Source: Candidatus Latescibacterota bacterium
Lineage (GTDB): Bacteria; Latescibacterota; UBA2968; UBA8231
Reading direction: 5' to 3'
NCBI GenBank assembly: GCA_965215195.1
Contig: CBDCDC010000002.1
Location: 3,488,001 to 3,552,000, forward strand
Length of the DNA: 64,000 nucleotides
In this document: piece by piece, positions 50,964 to 59,197 of the stretch
Layout of the letters: every line of letters starts with the position of its first letter
How positions within the stretch are numbered: the first letter of the stretch is position 1
The notes under the pieces: model-generated
Told to the model about the DNA's origin: nothing
What the model saw: the letters and a program-made list of their open reading frames with translations, nothing else
The model's database searches: none
Position numbers and translations under genes: made by a program

Positions 50964-51047
50964 TTGAATTCCCCGCTGCTTGCGGTGTATTCTATTCCGC
51001 ATGAGCGAGTTTCTAATACCCTGCTGCTTGCGGCGGGGTAATTTATT
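50964..51047. repeat. Paired IS200/IS605- or REP-type palindromes (PATE-like remnant)
   Basis: CCCCGCTGCTTGCGG (50971) and TACCCTGCTGCTTGCGGCGGGGTA hairpin (51017-51040) between convergent genes. Confidence 0.55.
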
Positions 51048-51088
51048 TGGGGAACGTTTTTCTGCTTAAGTGCCTCCCCTCCAACAGT

Positions 51089-51919
51089 TCAATTACAATC
51101 GGGCGAAGAGAATTCCCTCCTAGTCAGCAGCGGCATAATGGCGGGTTGGCGGCTGAGAAGTAGGAGGCCGGCAAGCAGGATTAGGCTGGCGAGCAGGGCC
51201 AAGGGCATGGGGAGATGTTGGGAGGGGCCTATGCCATCTATGCCTAAGTAAGTGCGCAAGTTGATCCCGGTTATCGAAGCCAAGTTGTTGACCGCGTGGG
51301 CGAGCATGGCAGGATAGATGCTGTGAGTCCAATAGACTAGAGCACCTAGGAAGAGCCCAAAGAGGAAGAGAGGGATCAGTTGCCAAGGGTTGAAGTGCGA
51401 AATGGCGAACAGCAGGGCCGAACTGCCTAGTGCCCAGCGCGGTCCATAATGGGCGTAAAGGCTCGTGAACACAAGCCCGCGGAAGAGAGGCTCTTCGCAA
51501 AACACAGGGGCTAGCACTAGTGTTATCAGTGCCTTCGGGATATTCGCTAGTCCGCGGACAATCTGAATCTCCAGCAGGTTTTTCTGGAAGGATGGCGGCA
51601 TAGATAGGTCTATCAGGCCGAGAAAATAGGCCAGATACAAGTCGAATTCGGCGACTACGAGGCTACAGCAAATAGTCACCGGAATTGTCAGCAACAGGGT
51701 CGTAGCCGGCGTAGCGTTGAACAGAAGCAGGTCTTCGGCGATTAGGCGGTGACGGCGAATATAAAGGACTACAAACCACAAAAGGGTACATTCGGCGGCA
51801 ATAATACCAGCGTGTAGGGATAAGAGGCCGACGATGGGCCAAACAACGAAGTGGGCCAGCAGGAGAGCAGGTAGAGTTACGCGGAGAATCTGGGAGAATC
51901 TGGGATAGTGAGCAGGCAT
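51089..51919 (-). CDS. CPBP (CAAX) intramembrane metalloprotease
   Basis: EEPLFRG, FAISH, AHAVNN. Confidence 0.9.
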   Translation of the reverse strand: MPAHYPRFSQILRVTLPALLLAHFVVWPIVGLLSLHAGIIAAECTLLWFVVLYIRRHRLIAEDLLLFNATPATTLLLTIPVTICCSLVVAEFDLYLAYFLGLIDLSMPPSFQKNLLEIQIVRGLANIPKALITLVLAPVFCEEPLFRGLVFTSLYAHYGPRWALGSSALLFAISHFNPWQLIPLFLFGLFLGALVYWTHSIYPAMLAHAVNNLASITGINLRTYLGIDGIGPSQHLPMPLALLASLILLAGLLLLSRQPAIMPLLTRREFSSPDCN

Positions 51920-51998
51920 AGAGCTAGGGAGTTCTTTTGTTCGAGCTAGTCTCTCTGGTTGGGAAATGATGCCATGAAAAATAGAGGCTACTAGGCGA

Positions 51999-52943
51999 TT
52001 AGCAAGCCGACTTTGAATGGGCAGCCGCCTTTAGATAACCCCGAGTGCGGCTGGACCAGAACAAATAACTAAAAACCAGATCCGGGACATAGGTTTTCAC
52101 AAGCCAGCGGGCCAACCAGCGGATTGGGTAGTGAATCGGCGACAACAGGGCTAGCTGGAGCGCGAGTCGCCGAGGAGAAAATCCACAGGCCCTGATAAAG
52201 TCCAGCCGGAGTACGGCGTCAAGCTCGGGATGCTTGTGCAAAAGGATGGGGATTGACTTGCTACCGTAAGTTTGCATCAGGCGGCAGAGTGGCTCCAATG
52301 AACGCAAGTGATAGTGGTAGGACAGGGCTTCAGGAGCATAGTAAAGCGGAATACCCGCCAAATGGAGGCGATACCCTAATTCTAGGTCTTCGCCGCCATA
52401 AGCAGTGAGGTCCTCGTCGAAAAAACCTACGCGGAGCAGGGACGACCGGCGAACTGAGGAGTTGCCGGTGACGAAGCACTTGAAAGGTATGGGCTTATCC
52501 GCGTCGACCCTGTGGGGCCCCCTCCCTTCGAGATAGCGGGTCAGGGATGTAGTGGGAATTTCACGGGCAAAGCGGATGTTGCCGATAAAAACGGCTTCCG
52601 CGTGGTTTTGATGCCGCTGGGCATGGGCGCGGAGAAAATTCGTGCCGACGGTCATGTCGCTGTCGAGAAAGACGACGAGGTCGCCGCTGGCGACCCGAAG
52701 TGCTGCGTTGCGCGCCCGAGCGCGTCCCTGATTCTGTTCGTTGCGCAGCAGCCGCAATTGTAAAGGCGCGACCGCCGCATGCAATTGCTCGGCATCCAAG
52801 TGGGGGGAGGCGTCGTCCACTACGATGATTTGAATCGCCTCGTGGGGATAATTTTGCTGCGACAGGGTCTTAAGTGCTGCTTCGAGGCGCTCAGGCTCGC
52901 CATAGGTAGGCATTACGACGCTGAGCGTCAGCGGGATATTCAT
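51999..52943 (-). CDS. Glycosyltransferase family 2
   Basis: SVVMPTY, VVDDAS, ARN, FLDSD, GFFDE, YGGEDLEL. Confidence 0.92.
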   Translation of the reverse strand: MNIPLTLSVVMPTYGEPERLEAALKTLSQQNYPHEAIQIIVVDDASPHLDAEQLHAAVAPLQLRLLRNEQNQGRARARNAALRVASGDLVVFLDSDMTVGTNFLRAHAQRHQNHAEAVFIGNIRFAREIPTTSLTRYLEGRGPHRVDADKPIPFKCFVTGNSSVRRSSLLRVGFFDEDLTAYGGEDLELGYRLHLAGIPLYYAPEALSYHYHLRSLEPLCRLMQTYGSKSIPILLHKHPELDAVLRLDFIRACGFSPRRLALQLALLSPIHYPIRWLARWLVKTYVPDLVFSYLFWSSRTRGYLKAAAHSKSAC

Positions 52944-54055
52944 GCTAAAGTTTCGTAAAGCTGGGTGAGTTGAGCGGCTTCCCGTTCCCAATTATAGTGC
53001 TGGGCTGCCTGCAAGCTCGCCTTGGCACAGGCCTCTCGCTGCTCTGCATTGTCCAAAAAAGCGGTGATCTGCTCTCGAATGGCAACTATATTGGTTGGAT
53101 CAACCGTAACTCCGGTACGCGTTTCGCGGACGATGCGCTGCATTTCAGGAAAGTTGCTGGCTAGGATTGGTAACCCGGCCATCATATATTCAAAGAGTTT
53201 GTTGGGCAGAGAGTAGTAGAAGCTCTTGCCCGTGCCTTTGATCAGACACAGCCCCAAGTCGGCCGAGCAAGTATAATTGTGAAGTTGGTGAAAGGGCACC
53301 CGGGGAATAAAATAGACCCGATCGTCTAGCCCGGCAGCGCAGACTTGGTTCCGCAGGGCCTGTTCGCTAGGTCCGTCCCCAATTAGAACTAGGGCGGCGG
53401 CAAGCCCAGCGGCGGCCTCAATTTGCTCGCGCAAGCCATTTTCGGTGAGGAATCCTCCTTGATAGAGCACAATAGGGCGATCATCGGGCAGGTCCAGCGT
53501 TCCGCGTATCAGGTTGCTTTGGACCTTATGGCGGAATAACGGCAAATTGTGCAGAACAACGACCTCGTCAAGGCGGTAGCGCTCCTTGAGTGATTGGGCG
53601 ATAGACCCGCTGACGGTAATGACTCGATCTACCCGTCTTATCAGCCGCCGCTCCAACAAACTCCAGCAGGACCGCATCAGCGGTCGGTTGACAAGTGAGG
53701 ATTGTTCGGTCCAAAATTCGTGTGCGTCGTAGACGATGGGCAAATCTAGTCGCTGTGCAGCTCGCACTGCTGGCCAGAGCGAGTCTAGGTCGTGGGCGTG
53801 ATAAGCATCCGGATGGGTAGCGACCAGCAGTGGATAGGCTCGTTGCCAAAACAAAGGGTAGAGGCGGCGCAGTGAGCGGCTTCGGTCTAGCGGAATCGAA
53901 TGGATTTCAAAATCGTCCCATCCCTTGAGAGGAGTTGGCTTGAACGAGGAGGCGACAATGACGACTTGGTGACCAGCACGGCGCAGCGAAGTGGCCTCTC
54001 GGTAGATGCGGTAGTCGAAATTCAGGTCGGTGAAGGCGACCATACAGATACGCAT
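52940..54055 (-). CDS. Glycosyltransferase family 4
   Basis: YHAHD, VYDAHE, LIGDGP, SLPNKLFEYMMAGLP. Confidence 0.92.
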   Translation of the reverse strand: MRICMVAFTDLNFDYRIYREATSLRRAGHQVVIVASSFKPTPLKGWDDFEIHSIPLDRSRSLRRLYPLFWQRAYPLLVATHPDAYHAHDLDSLWPAVRAAQRLDLPIVYDAHEFWTEQSSLVNRPLMRSCWSLLERRLIRRVDRVITVSGSIAQSLKERYRLDEVVVLHNLPLFRHKVQSNLIRGTLDLPDDRPIVLYQGGFLTENGLREQIEAAAGLAAALVLIGDGPSEQALRNQVCAAGLDDRVYFIPRVPFHQLHNYTCSADLGLCLIKGTGKSFYYSLPNKLFEYMMAGLPILASNFPEMQRIVRETRTGVTVDPTNIVAIREQITAFLDNAEQREACAKASLQAAQHYNWEREAAQLTQLYETLA

Positions 54056-54084
54056 GGCGTATAAAGGAATCGGTATAAAGATAA

Positions 54085-54283
54085 ATAAAAAGCAGCCCAT
54101 TTTTAGATGGGCTGCTTTTCAAAGAGTGTGGCGGCCAGACGGTGTGATCTTGAAACGCAAGTGAGATCCTCAAACGAGGCGGTGTGGGGAGGTAATTTTG
54201 AAGATCTCAACGACCCGAAAAGGGAAATCCGAGCTTCGCGAATCAGGATTTTGGCCACGCTAGCGGACCGCCACACTATTTGA
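54085..54283 (-). ncRNA. Structured ncRNA of ~165-200 nt, possibly a divergent 6S RNA
   Basis: Has its own sigma70 promoter and terminator. Long closing stem (54265-85 with 54117-36) and 13-bp hairpin (54197-209 with 54162-74); G-U wobbles are satisfied only on the minus strand. Confidence 0.6.
54088..54119 (-). terminator. Rho-independent terminator (potentially bidirectional)
   Basis: AAAAGCAGCCCAT-loop-ATGGGCTGCTTTT with A/T tracts on both sides. Confidence 0.85.
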
Positions 54284-54288
54284 AACCT

Positions 54289-54317
54289 AAAATACACACG
54301 CTAGATTGTGTTGTCAA
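54289..54317 (-). promoter_or_regulatory. sigma70 promoter of the ncRNA with palindromic operator 54294-54311
   Basis: TTGACA-17 nt-TATTTT; the spacer is covered by ACACACGCTAGATTGTGT. Confidence 0.65.
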
Positions 54318-54354
54318 GTAGAAAAACACATGCACAGAAAACCATAGCGGGGTC

Positions 54355-54383
54355 TTGCACACTTACCAGTGTGTGCATATCTT
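54355..54383 (+). promoter_or_regulatory. sigma70 promoter of the XRE gene with palindromic operator 54357-54374
   Basis: TTGCAC-17 nt-TATCTT; overlapped by GCACACTTACCAGTGTGT. Confidence 0.6.
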
Positions 54384-54421
54384 AATGGAGAAAATGGTTG
54401 AAAATAGCAGAGGGATCGCGA

Positions 54422-54955
54422 ATGCAGTTTGCGGAAATGATCAAGGAAGCCCGGTCACGAGCCCATCTGAGCCAGCAGGGATTGGCCGCGCAAGTCGTGA
54501 CGGCACGAAAGCCCAATGGCGTATGGGCAACCTATATAGGACAAATTGAGAAGGGGGAGAAGGTTCCTTCCGACGAAGTATGTATCAAGTTGGCCGAGGT
54601 TTTGGAACTCGACTATAACAGAGTGTTGATTGCTGCTTATGAGGCCAAGGCGGGCTCGGAGGAGGGACGTGCGCTCTATGGCAAGATGATGCGCTCGTTG
54701 TCGGACCCAGTGGTCAATAAGCTCCTGTCTAGCGAAGAGCCTTTGGATCCAGCCCTCTTAGGGGTGCTCTCCAACCCAGAAATCGCGGCTCTGCTCGGGG
54801 ATCAACCGTGGTTAGAGGCAGTTGCCCGGGCGCGCAAGAAACAGAAGGAACGCGATGTGTTGAGGCTGCTCGCTCTAGTAGAGGCGATGGACGACAAACA
54901 GTGGGATATGGTAATGGGCATAATAGGGACTTGGAACTTAGAACCGCCTAATTGA
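54422..54955 (+). CDS. XRE-family HTH transcriptional regulator with uncharacterised helical C-terminus
   Basis: FAEMIKEARSRAHLSQQGLA...YIGQIEKGEKVPSDEVCIKLAEVL; GAGGGA RBS. Confidence 0.85.
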   Translation: MQFAEMIKEARSRAHLSQQGLAAQVVTARKPNGVWATYIGQIEKGEKVPSDEVCIKLAEVLELDYNRVLIAAYEAKAGSEEGRALYGKMMRSLSDPVVNKLLSSEEPLDPALLGVLSNPEIAALLGDQPWLEAVARARKKQKERDVLRLLALVEAMDDKQWDMVMGIIGTWNLEPPN

Positions 54956-55028
54956 GGGGGCAGTTCCGCTTGGGAGGATTAGGGGAACCATCGACGAAAA
55001 AGTTAAAGTCTGATGGAGAGCGAAGGAG

Positions 55029-55484
55029 TTAGAAGTCGGGTAATTTATACTCGCCGCGCTCAATGGCTCGCTCTAACTCTTGGTGGAAGGTGCTGTCTAG
55101 GTGGGAAGTAATTTTCCAACCACTGGAATCGCGAAGAAAATAAAAGAATGGCGACGTGCGCTCATCGTCTAGCGTAGAGGAATCGAAGAGTAAGTAACCT
55201 ATGCGCTCGTTGATGATGCGCTCTTCGGCGATTTCGCGCCGCAGATGAGCCTTTATCTCGGCTGGTGTCTTTTGCCGCCATCGTTCGGCAAAGCCCTGAC
55301 GATCTTCTCCCTCCATTTGCGAAGAATTGAAACATTCCCCAAGCAGGTCAAAGTCGCTGTTTTCTAGGGCATATTTATAGGTCTGAAAGGTCTGGGCCGG
55401 GTGGGAGAACCGTTGGTCTACTTCTTCGCTATGGCAGCCGAGAAAGATGAAAAGGACGATGCAAAGGAAGGGTTGTAGGACCAT
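55029..55484 (-). CDS. Hypothetical lipoprotein (NTF2-like)
   Basis: Lipobox FLGC; YF.R.SSGWKI C-terminal motif. Confidence 0.6.
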   Translation of the reverse strand: MVLQPFLCIVLFIFLGCHSEEVDQRFSHPAQTFQTYKYALENSDFDLLGECFNSSQMEGEDRQGFAERWRQKTPAEIKAHLRREIAEERIINERIGYLLFDSSTLDDERTSPFFYFLRDSSGWKITSHLDSTFHQELERAIERGEYKLPDF

Positions 55485-55565
55485 AGTGTGCAGCGCACGG
55501 ATTAGTATCCTGAGCAACGTCAACGACTTGGTAGGAGTTATGTCTGCGTCCATCGAGATTGGGCT

Positions 55566-56261
55566 TCAGGGCTTGGCTTTATTAACGAGCAATTCGATGG
55601 CATCGCGCAGCCGGGCGGCGTCTTCGTATTCTTCGCAAATAACGGCCTGCTGTAGCTGGTCCTGAAGCAGGCTGAGTTCGTCTTTCTCTTTTTTGAGAGG
55701 CTGCCGGGCTTCGGCCTTTTCGGCGTTCCGCTTAGGTGGACGGATGTTGGCCGTCTCAGATTCTACACTGAGAGATTTAGAAATCTGCGTTTCAAACTCG
55801 TAGAAGCGGTTCAGTGTGTGTTCAACGTCCAAGTCGGTCTCCAAAGGCTCCAAGCCCACCTCGTCAAGCAACGTATGAGAAACGTAGATAGGCGAATCAG
55901 TGCGCAAGGCCAAAGCAATTGCGTCGCTGGGACGTGCGTCAATGTCTTTTATTGTGTGATTCTTCTCAATGACGACTCTCGCGTAGTAAATTGAGCGATG
56001 CACGTTGTGAATGACAACTTGGCGCACATTTATCGCAAGGTAGTTGACCATAGAAGAGAGCAAGTCGTAGGAAATCGGGCGTATAGGTCCATCGTTTTCT
56101 AGCCGCATCCGAATGGCGGCCGCTTCAAATTCGCCGATGGGAATGGGCAAGAGCCGCGGCAGTTCACCTTCCTTCTCGCCTAACCATACCAAGGGCCTGT
56201 CCTCGCGCAAATAGGGACTAACCTTGACCACGGACATCTCGACTAAAGAGGTATTACTCAT
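55566..56261 (-). CDS. Bifunctional nuclease (DUF151/BFN) with UVR domain
   Basis: LPIPIGEFEAAAI, RPISYDL, DARPSDAIALALR, EEYEDAARLRD. Confidence 0.9.
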   Translation of the reverse strand: MSNTSLVEMSVVKVSPYLREDRPLVWLGEKEGELPRLLPIPIGEFEAAAIRMRLENDGPIRPISYDLLSSMVNYLAINVRQVVIHNVHRSIYYARVVIEKNHTIKDIDARPSDAIALALRTDSPIYVSHTLLDEVGLEPLETDLDVEHTLNRFYEFETQISKSLSVESETANIRPPKRNAEKAEARQPLKKEKDELSLLQDQLQQAVICEEYEDAARLRDAIELLVNKAKP

Positions 56262-56880
56262 TAATCATCTCCCTGTTGAGACGGCTAATCTCGTCGCGAA
56301 GCCGCGCCGCCTCCTCGTAAACTTCTTCGGCAACGGCTTGGCGCATGCGTCTTTTGAGTTGTTCTAGCTGATTGACGGCTGGTGCGGCGATGATAGGCTG
56401 CTCTTCTCGCGGTGCGGTCACGGGTTTGGTGATGGCCTCAACGTCAGCTTTAACCCATTCATCGTCGTCGGAGCGAACGCAGCCTACCTCTTTGAGGATC
56501 TCGACAGCGGCGTAGATCGGCGCACGAAAGCGCAAGGCTAGGGCAATGGCATCGCTGGGACGTGCGTCGAGCGTATGAGTCCTGCCCTCGTCGTCGACGA
56601 GATGAATCTCGGCGTAGTACGTTCTTTCGCGTAAGTTAAAGTCGGTGATTTCGACCCGGACTACCCGGGCATCGACGTCGTCGAGAATCCGATGGGCTAG
56701 GTCATAACTGATGGGTCGTGCGGGTTGCCGCTTGCTGTGGGCCATAGAAATGGCTGCCGCCTCGAAGCGGCCGATGACAATGTGCAGATAATAGTTGCCT
56801 TCGACTTCTTTGAGCACTACTTCAGGGTATAAAGATTGAGATTTGCTGCTTAAGACCCCCTTGACTTCCATCAGAATCAT
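56254..56880 (-). CDS. Bifunctional nuclease (DUF151/BFN) with UVR domain
   Basis: IVIGRFEAAAI, RPISYDL, DARPSDAIALALR, EEVYEEAARLRDEI. Confidence 0.9.
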   Translation of the reverse strand: MILMEVKGVLSSKSQSLYPEVVLKEVEGNYYLHIVIGRFEAAAISMAHSKRQPARPISYDLAHRILDDVDARVVRVEITDFNLRERTYYAEIHLVDDEGRTHTLDARPSDAIALALRFRAPIYAAVEILKEVGCVRSDDDEWVKADVEAITKPVTAPREEQPIIAAPAVNQLEQLKRRMRQAVAEEVYEEAARLRDEISRLNREMINE

Positions 56881-56952
56881 AACGGTACACTGCGGTTTAA
56901 TAGGCGATTGCCAATTGACTTGGGGAAATATAATACGACCTCAAAGCAAGTG

Positions 56953-57132
56953 TCAACTAACTCGTGCCTCTTCGCCATTTGGCAAATCTCCCTTTTTGTT
57001 TTTTAACTTCAACTCAAGTTCTGCAAGTTGGCGGCCCAGTTCCTCGGTGCGTCGGCTTAGGTGCGCCAAATAAGAAAAAAGCACGATCCACACGGCCGCG
57101 AAGGCGGCAAATAAATAGTGGAGATTGTCCAT
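56953..57132 (-). CDS. ccmD: CcmD family protein
   Basis: Manual translation MDNLHYLFAAFAAVWIVLFSYLAHLSRRTEEL... (59 aa), directly after ccmC. Confidence 0.85.
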   Translation of the reverse strand: MDNLHYLFAAFAAVWIVLFSYLAHLSRRTEELGRQLAELELKLKNKKGDLPNGEEARVS

Positions 57133-57138
57133 AGGATC

Positions 57139-57810
57139 CTACGTTTCGTCAATTAGTTTTTGCCGCAGGAGAGCCACGGCTTTTTCGATGCGGGCTAGTT
57201 CCATGCGTTGCGCTAGGAGGCGAAAGAGCAGCAGGAAGAAAGCTGCGTAGCAGATCCACTTGGTGTATTGCATTGTCGGATCGAGTTCTACGTTGCGCGG
57301 CGGGTGTAGCTGTTGGTCGGCGGCCCACAGATCGACAGCATAGTACACCAAAGGAACATTGGCGAAGGCGAGAATGCCCAGTACAGCACTGATGCGTTGT
57401 ACTGGGGTAGAGTGAGCTCCGTATCCTCGCACCATTAGGTAGGCCACGTAGATGGTGAAAGTAATCAGCATTGAGGTTAGGCGCGGCTCCCATCGCCAGT
57501 AAACCCCCCAGATGGGTTTGGCCCACAAGGGCCCAGTGATCAGCACGATCAACGCAAAGATCACGCCCAACTCGGCGGAGCATAGCGCTAGACGATCCCA
57601 CTTGTCCTCGCGGGTGCGCAGATACTGTACGCTGCCGACGAATACAAGAAAAAAGGCCAGAAACGAAGAAATCGCCGCCGGCACGTGAAAATAGAAGATT
57701 CGTTGGACGATTCCCATTTCCTTTTCAGTCGGGACCCATAAAAAAATCGCGCCCAAGGCAACGAGCATGAGCAAAAAAACCAAACAGGAAAATAGAACCG
57801 AGCGCATCAT
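57139..57810 (-). CDS. ccmC: Heme exporter CcmC
   Basis: RIFYFHVP, TGPLWAKPIWGVYWRWEPRLT (WWD domain), LHP. Confidence 0.93.
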   Translation of the reverse strand: MMRSVLFSCLVFLLMLVALGAIFLWVPTEKEMGIVQRIFYFHVPAAISSFLAFFLVFVGSVQYLRTREDKWDRLALCSAELGVIFALIVLITGPLWAKPIWGVYWRWEPRLTSMLITFTIYVAYLMVRGYGAHSTPVQRISAVLGILAFANVPLVYYAVDLWAADQQLHPPRNVELDPTMQYTKWICYAAFFLLLFRLLAQRMELARIEKAVALLRQKLIDET

Positions 57811-58484
57811 TCCTCGATTGCGTATTCAAAGAGCATTAGCGATAGCACTGTGAAAACTACCGCGTACACCCCCAACATTTGTAGGTGCGGAAAGAGCTTT
57901 TCGCAACAGTCATTGGCCAGCACTAGCCCCGTCGCCTCCACGCAGGCAATCAACGCCGGCAAGAGCATGGGCAAGAGCAAAAGCGGCAGCAGTAGTTCGC
58001 GCAAACGCATGTTGTTCGACAGTGCCGCAAAGAGCGTACCGACCGACGCCATACAAGCCGAGCCTAGGACAAAGACGGCCAGCAGAGGGAGCAAGAAGAA
58101 ACTCAGGGACAGATTAAAGAAGAGGGCGAAAAAGGGCAAACTCAGCAATTCGACTGCTAGAAGAAAAACAAAATTGCCCAGCATTTTGCCTAGATAGATG
58201 GCACCGCGGTCTCCCGGTGCTAACAGCAGCGCGTCAAGCGCGTCGTTTTCGCGTTCGTCGGCAAAAGAGCGGCTCAAACTCAGCAGGCTGGCGAAGACAT
58301 AAGACGACCAGAGCGTACCAGGCCCAATCTCGCGTAGAGCGGCCCCGCCTAGATCAAAGGAAAAGTTGAATACCAGCAACATTAACAATATAAAGAAGAC
58401 CATCGGGCTGAGACGCGCCTTAGTCCGCCACTCGGCTTTCAGATCCTTGCGCAGTATTGCCAACGCACGTCCGAAAAAGCTCAT
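57807..58484 (-). CDS. ccmB: Heme exporter CcmB
   Basis: KDLKAEWR, SF.DEREN.ALDALLL, LLPLLLLP. Confidence 0.92.
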   Translation of the reverse strand: MSFFGRALAILRKDLKAEWRTKARLSPMVFFILLMLLVFNFSFDLGGAALREIGPGTLWSSYVFASLLSLSRSFADERENDALDALLLAPGDRGAIYLGKMLGNFVFLLAVELLSLPFFALFFNLSLSFFLLPLLAVFVLGSACMASVGTLFAALSNNMRLRELLLPLLLLPMLLPALIACVEATGLVLANDCCEKLFPHLQMLGVYAVVFTVLSLMLFEYAIEE

Positions 58485-59197
58485 GGGTCGGCGTCGAGAT
58501 AGGGTGTGCAGAGCCTGTGCAGTTGGTCCAGATCATGCGTCAGGACTTGGTCCAAGCGCCATTGCCCGCGTTCGATCACCAACAGGCGATCCACTAGACC
58601 ATCGGCTTCGTCGAGGCGATGAGCTACCAAGACGCAGGTGCATCCCTCTTGCCGAAGGCGGCGCAAAAGGCGGTGCAATGCAGCGCTGGCACTGATGTCA
58701 AGGCCGGTAAACGGCTCGTCAAGCAAGAGAATGGAGGGACAATGCAGGATAGCACGGGCAATAGCTAGACGCTGCTTCATACCGCGAGAGAACGAACCCA
58801 CGCGCTGGTTGAGCTGCTCATTCAAACCAACAGCCGTTAAGGCCGTAGCGAGCCGTTCGTCTGGGTTATCCAATCCATAGAGCTGGGCGAAGAAGCGCAA
58901 GTTCTCCCTCGCCGTCAGTTCGTCGTAGAGCAAGGTCTGATGCGAGAGCAGGCCGATCTCCGCCCGTGCCTCGGGGGTGCGTTGGGGATCGCGACCGTTG
59001 ATCTTCACTCTTCCCTCCGAAGGTCGGCAGAGGCCGGCCACCAGTCGCAGCAGGGTACTCTTGCCCGCGCCATTGGCACCAACGACCAGTACCGCTTGAC
59101 CTCGCGGGATGACCAGATCAGTGGGATGCAGGGCTGTGCGGGTGCCGAAGCGCTTGGCAGCACCCTCTAGGACGATTGCGTCGTCTCCACTCATCAA
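58481..59197 (-). CDS. ccmA: Heme ABC exporter ATPase CcmA
   Basis: GANGAGKS, LTARENL.F, FSRGMKQR, LLDEPFTGLD; coupled to ccmB. Confidence 0.9.
   Translation of the reverse strand: MMSGDDAIVLEGAAKRFGTRTALHPTDLVIPRGQAVLVVGANGAGKSTLLRLVAGLCRPSEGRVKINGRDPQRTPEARAEIGLLSHQTLLYDELTARENLRFFAQLYGLDNPDERLATALTAVGLNEQLNQRVGSFSRGMKQRLAIARAILHCPSILLLDEPFTGLDISASAALHRLLRRLRQEGCTCVLVAHRLDEADGLVDRLLVIERGQWRLDQVLTHDLDQLHRLCTPYLDADP

Noticed and set aside
54085-54283. Retron msr-msd, SRP RNA, tmRNA or RNase P RNA identity for the structured RNA
   Set aside because: No reverse transcriptase is nearby, and it lacks the SRP GNRA domain IV motif, tRNA-like ends and the GAGGAAAGUCC motif.
54103-54297. 64-aa minus-strand ORF as a Cro-like partner of the XRE gene
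   Set aside because: The start codon lies inside the promoter upstream of the predicted TSS, there is no RBS or HTH pattern, and the stop lies in the terminator loop.
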